Counted from the first letter of the stretch, positions 13,186 through 25,239 are shown. The stretch is 64,000 nucleotides of DNA from Eledone cirrhosa (GCA_964016885.1 OZ024743.1:72292001-72356000); one strand, 5' to 3'. Numbers and translations are program-made. Notes: generated by a model from the sequence alone, not told the origin.

Positions 13186-15360
13186 TCGTGTAAGAACCCA
13201 CCTACCAACCCCCAACTGGGTGCCTTTGAAAAGGACTTACTAAAGATGATTATGAATATCAAATTCAAAAAGCTGAGGAATAATAAAATCCAGAATGACA
13301 TAAATACATTCCTACAAAAGCTGCGAACTACCAATGGAATCATTGTCAAAGCGGACAAAACCTCAAATGTGTATAATATGGATGTTAATACATACAATAG
13401 CTTCATACGGAAAGAATTACATAGGAAATAAAAAAAGCTAATGAGGCGGCACTGATAAACATCAACAACGAGGCACACAATATAGTCAAACACCTAGGAA
13501 TAGACGACAGAACGGAGCCACTTAGGCCATGTACCCCCACATTTAATATCAAGGGCCACAAGGTAAATTTTGATTATAACCCCCACAATTAGACTTATAT
13601 GCCCGTCCAAATCGGACATCGGGAAAATTAGTAAACATATATTAGACAGAGTGATAGCACAAATGAAGAATAAACTAGTGATTAAACTAAGGGGTAACGC
13701 TACCGAAACAATTAAGTGGTTTAACAATATAGCTAACAAAAAAGTATCTAAATTTATACAATTTGACATTAACGACTATTACTCCTCTATATCCCCCAAC
13801 ACCTTGGATAAAGCCTTCGCATTCGCCAAAGCCAATTCTGATCTAACAGACGACGAGATCAAAATCATTTTAGCTGCTAGGAAAACAATAATTAAATTTG
13901 AAAACGCCTATTGGGAACGTAAGGATACATTAAATAACTTTGACATCACGATAGGGGCTAACGACTCGGCTCAAGTCACAGATTTAGTAGGTATTTACAT
14001 AGCCCATAGTTTACAGAGTGAATTCAGCGACCTTCACGGTGGAATCTACAGAGACTACACCCTTCTCCTAGTTAAGAACCTAAATAATCAGAGCATAGAA
14101 AGACTCCGTAAGAATATTAGAAAGACTCTTGGGAAACTAGACCTTAGCATAACGTACGAGTATAGCACTAAAACAGTTAACTTTCTAGACGCGACGCTTA
14201 ACCTAAATACGGGACTTATAAAACCTTTTCACAAGATTAATGAAAACTTAGCATACATCAACTGTAACTCAAACCACCCACTATCCATAATTAAATCCAT
14301 TCCACGCAGCATATCCCTTAGGATCTCCCGCCTCTCGACTAACCGACAAATCTTCGAGGAACATGCATGATACTACAATACCGCATTAGACAAGTCAGGC
14401 CACTTAGATAGAGTAGAATATATAGAAAGCCTCCGCAAAGCGCACACGAACACGCATAACACAAACTCCAGAAACACACGCACAGATGCATTTACGCATA
14501 GAACTACAAATCATACGGTAAATAGAAATACAACATCGAAATCAAACATGTCATGCAGTAGAAAATATATTTGGTATAACCCCATATTTAACACCTCTAT
14601 TAGTACTAACCTACCTTCTACCTTCTTTAGAATAATCAATAAGCACTTTCCAGATTCACATAGATACAGCAAAATCCTTAACAATAAATCTATTAGACTA
14701 TCTTACTCCACGGCACCAAATATAGAGGCACACATTAAGATGATTAACGCTAAAAAGATACATAACAACACCAGAACACAAATTTATAACAATAACAATA
14801 CAATCACCATTGAAAACAACAGAATATCTAATAAACAACCACCTACTAATAGGCAAACAAAACTTAACACACTTGTACAGGCATCGCAGCCCACCAATAA
14901 TGCCAAAGTTGCCCACGACAAGAATTGTAACTGCCACCTACCTGAAACCTATCCATTACATAATGAATGTATGCAGTCTAACTTCGTTTACCAATGCACA
15001 GTGGAATCAGACAACCAGAAATGGTATTATATCGGAGCGACTGGGAATACATTTAAAGCCCGTTGGTATACACACCGTTACGCAATGAAACATTCCCAGC
15101 ATCGTTATGTAACTACCCTTGCAAACAAAACCTGGCAACTGAGGGAAAGTAACCATCAATACACCCTGAAGTGGAAAACATTATCGAACGCGCCCCAATA
15201 TCGGACTGGTATGAGAAGCTGTCGATTATGTGACCTTGTGCTGTTCCACATCTTGAGTTCGAAGAATAAGTTACTCAACAATTAAATCGAAAGATCAATT
15301 TATTGTAACCGTAGACTCAAAGAAAAGGTTTCGCACTACAAGTGCAAATCGAACCCTTAA
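13186..15360 (+). pseudogene. PLE RT plus GIY-YIG ORF (Naiad-like), disrupted
   Basis: VKADKTSN, IRLICPSKSDIG, FIQFDINDYYSSI, FDITIGANDSAQVTDLVG, GIYRDY, NFLDATLNL, IWYNP, CNC..YPL..EC, VYQC...YIGAT...FKARW..H, CRLC. Confidence 0.9.
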
Positions 15361-15936
15361 CCTATTACTACCAACTGACAAACTGCATATACTTAAACTT
15401 TATACTCTCTTATTGTATCTAACCCCTTTAATTACCCACAAAAACCAATACCTATATACCTCCCTTCTCCTTCATTCTTCTTCTATTTCTTCGTTTTTCT
15501 TCCTTTCTTCGCTCCCCTTTTTGGCTATCTTTTCTTTTCTTCTTTCTCCCCCTTCTTTACTTTTATTTTTATCATTATTATTTTTATCTTTATTGTTTAT
15601 ATATATATCTTTATATCACCCCTCCTCTCTATCTCTCTCTATCTCCATCCCTCCCACTATCATCAATTTAATTCTCTTTAACTCACTACAATCGACGACA
15701 TAGAGTCTACGTATCAAAACTGATCAAGGAATCCTTCCACCTCTAACCCTCCCTCTATCTCAGTTTGTCACTCTACTTCCTCTTCCTACTTTCTCCCCCT
15801 TCCTCTCTCTCTATACTATTCTGTTTGTCCCCTCATTTTCTAATTCCTCTTCCTCTCTCTCTATACTAGTAAATACAATTCCAAAACACTGTTTTTCTCT
15901 ATATATTAAGAATTATTTCAAGAATAACTTACTCAC

Positions 15937-16036
15937 TATTTTGAAAATTTGGACGTGAACAACAATTATAATTGAGTGGCTGCTATTTGCAGTATAGCAA
16001 TATAAGGTTGCACTTACCAATGAAACGGTCGTAAAT
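15937..16036 (+). ncRNA. Hammerhead, U3-A8 variant with long stem II (inverted copy at 12627-12727)
   Basis: TATT-TTGAAAA-TTTGG...CCAAT-GAAA-CGGTCG-TA-AATA. Confidence 0.6.
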
Positions 16037-16139
16037 ACCTCGATAAAATCCTTCTCTTAATGCTTACCTGTGTTTTCTCTTTCTCTTTTATATATATATA
16101 TATATATATATATTTGTAATCTTAGTTTTTCGAATATTA

Positions 16140-16260
16140 ATAATTGTTTCTATTTTTGGCACAGAGCCAGCAATTAACCAGTACATTACTGGTATTTTAT
16201 TTTATCAATCCCGTAAGGACGAAAGGCAAAGTTAACATCGGCGGGATTTGAACTCAGATA
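16140..16260 (-). mobile_element. tRNA-derived SINE fragment (same family as 35990-36390)
   Basis: Reverse complement of GAGTTCAAATCCCGCCGA.GTTAACTTTGCCTTTC...GATAAAATAAA.TACCAGTAATGTACTGG. Confidence 0.7.
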
Positions 16261-16329
16261 ATTTTTCGAATATCAATAATAATATTCGATTCGTTTGGTT
16301 TGCATTCATGCAAACAGCCTATTTAAGCC

Positions 16330-16632
<303 letters not shown>

Positions 16633-19600
16633 TAGTTTTGCGAGGTTTTTTATATGAAATCGTGTGTCGAAACAGATATTGTTATACTTGGGGAGGGTCA
16701 TATTTGCGTAATATTGCCAGAATTAATAACAGAACACACTCACTGTTTGGTTGGTTTTCGCTTCTCGCTGTCTTTTATATCTGCAATCTAACTTACTCGG
16801 TCCTCAATGTTGCCATTGACTGACCGGCGGTCAAAAATAATACAGATACAATATAGACACAAACAAATATATATATATATAGTTTACATAATTTACATAA
16901 ATCTTTCGTTGCACATCTGCAACATCGTCAGTGGTGTTATATTCATTGTTCCTCCTGTTGTGTTGTATGTCTACGCCATTTTTTATTCAGTCTGTCTATA
17001 TATTTATTTATTTATTTGCTTGTTTGTTTATCTTACTTTATTTTGTCTTCTTTGCGCATGCGTTTGCGTGTGTGTATAGTGTTATGTGTGATGTGTGACT
17101 AGTGTGTATAGTGTTGTGTCTGCTGGGTGACTAGTGTGAGTTTATGTGCTTGTTGTTATTGTGCTTTTGTATGTATTTATTTATCTTATTTTATTTAATT
17201 TTATTTACTTATTTATACTTCTCTTAGGTCAGTGTTGTTTGTTTGGGTGTTGTTGTTGTTCCACTCATTCTTTCTGTTTAGCTTTGGTCTTCTAATTTCT
17301 ATTTCACTGGCCTCTCTGATTTGCCTATCTGCTGGGTCATTCCTCTGTTTAGATATTATTCTAATTTCTATGTTGTCTATGTTACCGTCATGTTGTTGTC
17401 TAGCATGTTCGTATAGTACTGACCCGTTTTTTCGTCCTTTTAGTTCCCCCCAGTGTTGGTCTATCCTTTCACCTATGCTACGAGCTGTCTCACCTATGTA
17501 TGTTGTTGTCATGTTTCTGCAGGTACCCTCTGTACATCTTATGCTATAGACTACGTTTCTAGTTTTACAGTTTATCCGGGGGTTCACCTTACATATGATA
17601 CACTTCCTATTGGTACAGTGGGTTTTCTTAAAAGGGTAGGTTTTGCTGATCAGGGATTTTATGGTGGTTCCTGGCTTTTCTACCACCTTTATTTTTAAGT
17701 GGGTCTTTCTCAGGGCCTTTCTACACTGGTTAGCTAATTTCCCTCCAGGGGTGGCGTCCACAAACATGACACTCTGATATCTCTGGTTGTCGTACCATGA
17801 TGTGGCCTTCCCTATCTTATGTCTAGCCCTATCTAAGCTATTCCATGATTTGCTCCTGTATAGTGGGCAAATTCCTTTCATGTCCAGTTCTATGAGGGTC
17901 TTATACTTTTCCATGGCTCCTTCGTCTACTCTGACTCTGTCTCTTTGGTTGTAGCCAGAGAACTGCATGCGGTTGATGAAGTGTTGGATGTGTCCTTCCA
18001 TTTCTGTTGGGTCGCACATGCTGGACACATTCTTCATCACTCGTACCAAATCTGCGATCAGAATATTAAACTTAGCACTACTGGACATTGCTGAGCTTTT
18101 GAGTATCAGGTATTTGGAGGCCATGGGTTTAGCATAGTGTGAGTGAAGAATTTGGGCTCTCTCGTCTATAGTGTTAATCCAGAGTTCTGTGTCTAATACA
18201 GGTAGTCTATTGTTAGGGTGTTTGGAAGGGAAGTCTATAGTTACAGTTATACTCTGGTGTATGGAATTAGCTATCTGCTGGATGCTTTCCAGCGTGCTAC
18301 GATCTAAATCAAACTTGTTAGTGCTCTCTAGTGGGGGTGTTCTTATAACTATATTGATATCGTCTACATAACGAGAGTACATGATGAGGTCTATGGAGCT
18401 TTCATTAAGGAGATCTTTAAGTCTCCTTTCCCACCATACCATGAAAAGGTTGGCAACATCACCAGCTATGCTGACGCCGATGGCTGCTCCCTCATTTTGG
18501 GTGTAGATTTTCTCATTGAACTTAAATATGTGGCCCTTTAGGGTAGTTTTGATACTAGCCCCTATTCCATGTGCGACCATTTTTCTTACCTGATCAGTGT
18601 TTTAGGGGGCCCGTATGGCTTTGGTCCACCCAATCTACCTTCCTATGGGAGTTTTTTTAGCCATTGAGGTTATGGTGGGGGGGTCTACCTCTTATAGGTC
18701 TACTAGGGCAGAAACATCTAAGGTCATGGCTGTCTAGGTAGTCAGTGTCGTAGGTAAGTCGAAGTAGGAGGCCCAGTTCGTCTGTGTCGACGTCGCAGAA
18801 CTCCACCTCACTCTCAATGATCATCTCCACACATCTTTTCACAGCAAAATCAATGTTAATGGATGGGTACAGTGACACCACATCCATGCTGCCTATTATG
18901 CAGTTGGATAGGCTCCTGTTTTTGTTGCACTCACTGATTCTGCTGAGGAGGTCCTCTGTACTTTCACATACATCTGGGGACATCTTGATTATGGGGCGTA
19001 TAACCATTGAGAGGAAGTAGGAGATCCTGTAGTTGCTAGCTATATTAGCTCCGCATACGGGTCTTGTTGGTGGTCCTGTTGTCGGGTCGTCGACTGTCTT
19101 GTGGTCTTTGCGGAGCCCATACAAGGGTGGTATGCCATTGTTAGACGCCTGGAAGTTGTTGGCAGTGCGTCTGCTTGGCTTTAGGATGTCAGTCCACATC
19201 ATCATGTGAGCGTTGAGGATTTTTTCTCTCCCATCGTGTGTTAGTTGTGCAACTTCGCTCGTGTTGGTGATGTGGGGTTGCATTGCCTCGATGTAGTTCG
19301 GCATGCTATCTATTGACATCCTACCAGACTTATCTGTGGGTAGACACACTACCTCACCATCCCTTGTGCGCTGCTTGAGGCTAACCAGGCCTTCTACAGG
19401 TTTTCTCCCAAGTTGTTGGGCCTCTGGTCTGCTCTGTCTCATAGTGTACCTGTCTACTACCTGTCTAATCTTATTTCTAGCTATGGTGAACTGTGCCTCC
19501 GTCTCGTCATCTATTTGCTGTGGTATGCAAACTCTTTTATTAAAGGGTAACCTCGTAGGATAGATATTACCCATCTTATATGTTTTGTCAGCTGGGTTGA

Positions 19601-20186
19601 AAAATAGTTTCTCTAAGGGGTTGTTATTTCTATCGTCATAGTTGTGTGTGTTGCTATTATTGTCATCATGGTGGTTTTTGTTGTTTCTATCATTAGCATT
19701 ATTATTATTATTGTTATGATTGCTAGATGTATTGTTGTTTACTTCACCGTTATTGTTGTTGTTGCTACTGCTATTTCTACCATTGTGGTTGTTACTATTA
19801 TTATGTTTCTTGTTTTTGTTGATGTTGCTACATGTACTATTTCCATTATTACCACTGTGGTTATTGTTGTTGTTGTTCGTATTGTTACCGTTATTACTAC
19901 TGTGGTCACTGTTGCTGTGTCTGTGGTTAACGTTTCTATTATTATTATTATTGTGGTTGTTGTTGTTCCGTCTATCGCTAGTATTATTGCCATTATCACT
20001 ATTTCTCACTTTCCTGCCATTGTTATGGTTATGGCTGTTATTTCTATACCCAGAGTTATTGTTTATATTATTACTACCGTTATTATTGTTGTTGTTGTTT
20101 ACCTTTGCATTCCAACGTATTTTTGTGAAACACTTTTCCAGCTCCGTTTTGCATTCCATAGGATTAATCTTTTTGTAGATGGCAAA
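16633..20186 (-). mobile_element. Neptune-like PLE family A, copy 1 (5'-truncated; ORF 17213-20186 with a frameshift near 18660; pLTR 16633-17210)
   Basis: PTDKSG, PPLYGLRKDHK, TRPVCG, GSMDVVSLYPSI, GAAIG, YSRYVDD, LPVLD, Cx4Cx2C, VVYSIRC...YIGETARSIGER..H...H...E. Confidence 0.93.
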
Positions 20187-20253
20187 ATAGAAATAACGAC
20201 AAGATAGAAATAACGACAAGATAGAAATAACGACAAGATAGAAATAACGACAA
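20187..20253 (+). repeat. Four tandem copies of the 17-mer ATAGAAATAACGACAAG at the inversion junction
   Basis: Units at 20187, 20204, 20221 and 20238 (last unit 16/17 nt). Confidence 0.95.
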
Positions 20254-20299
20254 CCCCTTAGAGAAACTATTTTTCAACCCAGCTGACAAAACATATAAG

Positions 20300-22507
20300 A
20301 TGGGTAATATCTATCCTACGAGGTTACCCTTTAATAAAAGAGTTTGCATACCACAGCAAATAGATGACGAGACGGAGGCACAGTTCACCATAGCTAGAAA
20401 TAAGATTAGACAGGTAGTAGACAGGTACACTATGAGACAGAGCAGACCAGAGGCCCAACAACTTGGGAGAAAACCTGTAGAAGGCCTGGTTAGCCTCAAG
20501 CAGCGCACAAGGGATGGTGAGGTAGTGTGTCTACCCACAGATAAGTCTGGTAGGATGTCAATAGATAGCATGCCGAACTACATCGAGGCAATGCAACCCC
20601 ACATCACCAACACGAGCGAAGTTGCACAACTAACACACGATGGGAGAGAAAAAATCCTCAACGCTCACATGATGATGTGGACTGACATCCTAAAGCCAAG
20701 CAGACGCACTGCCAACAACTTCCAGGCGTCTAACAATGGCATACCACCCTTGTATGGGCTCCGCAAAGACCACAAGACAGTCGACGACCCGACAACAGGA
20801 CCACCAACAAGACCCGTATGCGGAGCTAATATAGCTAGCAACTACAGGATCTCCTACTTCCTCTCAATGGTTATACGCCCCATAATCAAGATGTCCCCAG
20901 ATGTATGTGAAAGTACAGTGGACCTCCTCAGCAGAATCAGTGAGTGCAACAAAAACAGGAGCCTATCCAACTGCATAATAGGCAGCATGGATGTGGTGTC
21001 ACTGTACCCATCCATTAACATTGATTTTGCTGTGAAAAGATGTGTGGAGATGATCATTGAGAGTGAGGTGGAGTTCTGCGACGTCGACACAGACGAACTG
21101 GGCCTCCTACCTAGACTTACCTACGACACTGACTACCTAGACAGCCATGGCCTTAGATGTTTCTGCCCTAGTAGACCTATAAGAGGTAGACCCCCCACCA
21201 TAATCTCAATGGCTAAAAAGACTCCCATAGGAAGGTGGATTGGGTGGACCAAAGCCATACGGACCCCCCAAAACACTGATCAGGTAAGAAAAATGGTCGC
21301 ACATGCAATAGGGGCTAGTATCAAAACTACCCTAAAGGGCCACATATTTAAGTTCAATGTGAAAATCTACACCCAAAATGAGGGAGCAGCCATCGGCGTC
21401 AGCATAGCTGGTGATGTTGCCAACCTTTTCATGGTATGGTGGGAAAGGAGACTTAAAGATCTCCTTAATGAAAGCTCCATAGACCTCATCATGTACTCTC
21501 GTTATGTAGACGATATCAATATAGTTATAAGAACACCCCCACTAGAGAGCACTAACAAGTTTGATTTAGAACGTAGCACGATGGAATGCATCCAGCAGAT
21601 AGCTAATTCCATACACCAGAGTATAACTGTAACTATAGTCTTCCCTTCCAAACACCCTAACAATAGACTACCTGTATTAGACACAGAACTCTGGATTAAC
21701 ACTATAGACGAGAGAGCCCAAATGCTCCACTCACACTATGCTAAACCCATGGCCTCCAAATACCTGATACTCAAAAACTCAGCAATGTCCAGTAGTGGTA
21801 AGTTTAATATTCTGATCGCAGATTTGGTACGAGTGATGAAGAATGTGTCCAGCATGTGCGACCCAACAGAAATGGAAGGACACATCCAACACTTCATCAA
21901 CCGCATGCAGTTCTCTGGCTACAACCAAAGAGACAGAGTCAGAGTATACGAAGGAGCCATGGAAAAGTATAAGACCCTCATAGAACTGGACATGAAAGGA
22001 ATTTGCCCACTATACAGGAGCAAATCATGGAATAGCTTAGATAGGGCTAGACATAAGATAGGGAAGGCCACATCATGGTACGACAACCAGAGATATCAGA
22101 GTGTCATGTTTGTGGACGCCACCTCTGGAGGGAAATTAGCTAACCAGTGTAGAAAGGCCCTGAGAAAGACCCACTTAAAAATAAAGGTGGTAGAAAAGCC
22201 AGGAACCACCATAAAATCCTTGATCAGCAAAACCTACCCTTTTAAGAAAACCCACTGTACCAATAGGAAGTGTATCATATGTAAGGTAAACCCCCGGATA
22301 AACTGTAAAACTAGAAACGTAGTCTATAGCATAAGATGTACAGAGGGTACTTGCAGAAACATGACAACAACATACATAGGTGAGACAGCTCATAGCATAG
22401 GTGAAAGGATAGACCAACACTGGGGGGAACTAAAAGGACGAAAAAACGTGTCAGTACTATACGAACATGCTAGACAACAACATGACGGTAACATAGACAA
22501 CATATAA
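20300..22507 (+). CDS. PLE reverse transcriptase plus GIY-YIG endonuclease (5'-truncated, premature TAA at 22505 where copy 1 has GAA)
   Basis: 735-aa ORF with the RT motifs DVVSLYPSI, GAAIG and YVDD and the GIY-YIG motif VVY...YIGET. Confidence 0.85.
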   Translation: MGNIYPTRLPFNKRVCIPQQIDDETEAQFTIARNKIRQVVDRYTMRQSRPEAQQLGRKPVEGLVSLKQRTRDGEVVCLPTDKSGRMSIDSMPNYIEAMQPHITNTSEVAQLTHDGREKILNAHMMMWTDILKPSRRTANNFQASNNGIPPLYGLRKDHKTVDDPTTGPPTRPVCGANIASNYRISYFLSMVIRPIIKMSPDVCESTVDLLSRISECNKNRSLSNCIIGSMDVVSLYPSINIDFAVKRCVEMIIESEVEFCDVDTDELGLLPRLTYDTDYLDSHGLRCFCPSRPIRGRPPTIISMAKKTPIGRWIGWTKAIRTPQNTDQVRKMVAHAIGASIKTTLKGHIFKFNVKIYTQNEGAAIGVSIAGDVANLFMVWWERRLKDLLNESSIDLIMYSRYVDDINIVIRTPPLESTNKFDLERSTMECIQQIANSIHQSITVTIVFPSKHPNNRLPVLDTELWINTIDERAQMLHSHYAKPMASKYLILKNSAMSSSGKFNILIADLVRVMKNVSSMCDPTEMEGHIQHFINRMQFSGYNQRDRVRVYEGAMEKYKTLIELDMKGICPLYRSKSWNSLDRARHKIGKATSWYDNQRYQSVMFVDATSGGKLANQCRKALRKTHLKIKVVEKPGTTIKSLISKTYPFKKTHCTNRKCIICKVNPRINCKTRNVVYSIRCTEGTCRNMTTTYIGETAHSIGERIDQHWGELKGRKNVSVLYEHARQQHDGNIDNI

Positions 22508-22937
22508 ATTAGAATAATATCTAAACATAGGAATGACCCAGCAGATAGGCAAATCAGAGAGGCCAGTGAAATAGAAATTAGAAGACCAAAGCTAAACAGA
22601 AAGAATGAGTGGAACAACAACAACACCCAAACAAACAACACTGACCTAAGAGAAGTATAAATAAGTAAATAAAATTAAATAAAATAAGATAAATAAATAC
22701 ATACACAAGCACAATAACAACAAGCACATAAACCCACACTAGTCACCCAGCAGACACAACACTATACACACTAGTCACACATCACACATAACACTGTACA
22801 CACACGCAAACGCATGCGCAAAGAAGACAAAATAAAATAAGATAAACAAACAAGCAAATAAATAAATAAATATATAGACAGACTGAATAAAAAATGGCGT
22901 AGACATACAACACAACAGGAGGAACAATGAATATAAC

Positions 22938-22980
22938 ACCACTGACGATGTTGCAGATGTGCAACGAAAGATTTATGTAA
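22938..22980 (+). ncRNA. Family A pLTR hammerhead (copies at 16893-16935 minus, 32746-32788 minus, 50041-50083 minus, 54198-54240 plus)
   Basis: CA-CTGACGA-T-GTTGCA nnnn TGCAAC-GAAA-GAACTT-TG in the 32746 copy. Core and stem II are kept in all five copies while the loop varies. Confidence 0.7.
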
Positions 22981-23240
22981 ATTATGTAAACTATATATAT
23001 ATATATATGTGTTTGTGTCTATATTGTATCTGTATTATTTTTGACCGCCGGTCATTCAATGGCAACATTGAGGACCGAGTAAGTTAGATCGCAGATATAA
23101 AAGACAGCGAGAAGCGAAAACCAACCAAACAGTGAGTGTGTTCTGTTATTAATTCTGGCAATATTACGCAAATATGACCCTCCCCAAGTATAACAATATC
23201 TGTTTCGACACACGATTTCATATAAAAAACCTCGCAAAAC

Positions 23241-23308
<68 letters not shown>

Positions 23309-23311
<3 letters not shown>

Positions 23312-23528
23312 CACACGATGGGAGAGAAAAAATCCTCAACGCTCACATGATGATGTGGACTGACATCCTAAAGCCAAGCAGACGCACTGCCAACAACTTC
23401 CAGGCGTCTAACAATGGCATACCACCCTTGTATGGGCTCCGCAAAGACCACAAGACAGTCGACGACCCGACAATAGGACCACCAACAAGACCCGTATGCG
23501 GAGCTAATATAGCTAGCAACTACAGGAT
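23309..23528 (+). mobile_element. Isolated 220-bp internal RT fragment of family A between TA tracts
   Basis: Matches 20631-20850 with one substitution noticed. Confidence 0.9.
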
Positions 23529-23533
23529 ATATA

Positions 23534-24144
23534 TTTAGTTTTTTATTTCAGCTTGTATAAATGTTCATACCTCGCTAATATATTTTATATCTTTCTAAAG
23601 ACGAAGTCGCTTCTCTATTCTTTAAAATATTTTCTAACTGATATCCTATCTTTCGTTGTTCATAAATATTAAGAATGGATTTCCACCTGTAATGAAGGAA
23701 CAAAATATGTTAGCATATCCCCTATAAGGTATTCTCCATTCATACTGATTGATAACGTAAGAGGAAATTCAGTATATATATTAATATGATATTATAGTAT
23801 ATAGAGCAGGCTTCATATTTATGCTATTAATTGATTAGGTTTAGAATAATGAATAGAGTAATTCATATCACTGATATCAAGATATGTTATTAACGAATAA
23901 ATATCCCAATATTGTCACATTTCTCCACATAAAACATTGTTTCTATGTCGGTCTTTTATAATCAGTGGCCTCAGTTTTATTATTATTGTTTTCTTTGTAG
24001 ATTCTTTCTGATTTAATGTAATCTTTCACACACAGAAACATACATATATATATATATATTCAAGAATCGGAGACGAGATCATATAGGAAGCATATCTAAC
24101 GATCTTTCGATTACAGAATCCAGATCAAGTTCCATCTGTAATAG

Positions 24145-24215
<71 letters not shown>

Positions 24216-24545
24216 TTACTCTATTCATTATTCTAAACCTAATCAATTAATAGCATAAATATGAAGCCTGCTCTATATACTATAATATCATATTAATATA
24301 TATACTGAATTTCCTCTTACGTTATCAATCAGTATGAATGGAGAATACCTTATAGGGGATATGCTAACATATTTTGTTCCTTCATTACAGGTGGAAATCC
24401 ATTCTTAATATTTATGAACAACGAAAGATAGGATATCAGTTAGAAAATATTTCAAAGAATAGAGAAGCGACTTCGTCTTTAGAAAGATATAAAATATATT
24501 AGCGAGGTATGAACATTTATACAAGCTGAAATAAAAAACTAAATT
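23534..24545. repeat. Inverted repeat, arms about 23534-23870 and 24213-24545
   Basis: The arms are near-identical reverse complements. The spacer holds TA tracts and a truncated HHR-like piece (24095-24147 minus, GAAAGATCGTT). Confidence 0.9.
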
Positions 24546-24661
24546 TGACAAGAAAGAAAAGCCTACTTATTTGTCATTTGCAAATGTTGTATCCGCCGGG
24601 AATATTGTATGATTTCTAATACAACACCTACTTACATGCAGCCTTAGGCCATCGATTATAA

Positions 24662-24715
<54 letters not shown>

Positions 24716-25239
24716 ATGTGCGTGTGTGTGTATAATTATATGTATACGTGTATGTATGTATATGTATAGTAAACTATGAATTAACATGTTTCTTCTATTT
24801 ACAAAAGTGACTAATTTAGCTTCTTACTTCTTTGTCATAAGACGAGTGTATATATATATATATATAGATGTATATGTACACACACACCCACAAACACATA
24901 TATATATACATCTATATATATGTATGTGTGTGTGTGTATGTATGTTAGTTATATAACAGTTGTTCGAGGCGGCTTTTTGAAGCAGTCGATGCTGTTACGT
25001 TACGAGGTCCGTTTCGTTTTGGTGATGGCTGTAGTTTGCAGAGTGTAAATAGAATTTAAAATTCGATGTCAGTGTTGCAGCATATGTACACATTTTATTT
25101 GCACATTACAATAGTTTCAAATCGATCGGTTCATGGTACAGTCAAAGAGACGAGGCCTGATTCTTATTCGACATCTCGTTAGATATGCGAGATTATATGT
25201 GCAAAGAAACATCGTCTCATTCTATGTATATATATATAT

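Larger units (their letters stand above)
12445..16088 (+). mobile_element. Naiad-like PLE (family C): inverted pLTR 12445-13160, 5'-truncated ORF, 3' pLTR 15473-16088
   Basis: About 12585-13160 is the reverse complement of about 15473-16088; (TA)n on both sides. Confidence 0.88.
20238..23240 (+). mobile_element. PLE family A, copy 2 (inverted partner of copy 1)
   Basis: Near-identical reverse complement of about 16633-19635; ends CGCAAAAC|(TA)n. Confidence 0.93.

Noticed and set aside
14368-14370. In-frame TGA in a Naiad-like ORF as possible selenocysteine (reported for some Naiads)
   Set aside because: It aligns to a non-Cys position (EEHA*YYN versus NNHAEYYN), none of the zinc-finger Cys positions is TGA, and no SECIS was recognised; most likely CGA-to-TGA decay.
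19644-20207. Hydrophobic Leu/Val-rich ORFs that look like membrane proteins (also 6074-6589)
   Set aside because: They are antisense frames of (AAC/AAT)n Asn-rich coding sequence.
20187-20253. CRISPR-like array
   Set aside because: Perfect tandem units without spacers, no cas genes, eukaryotic context.
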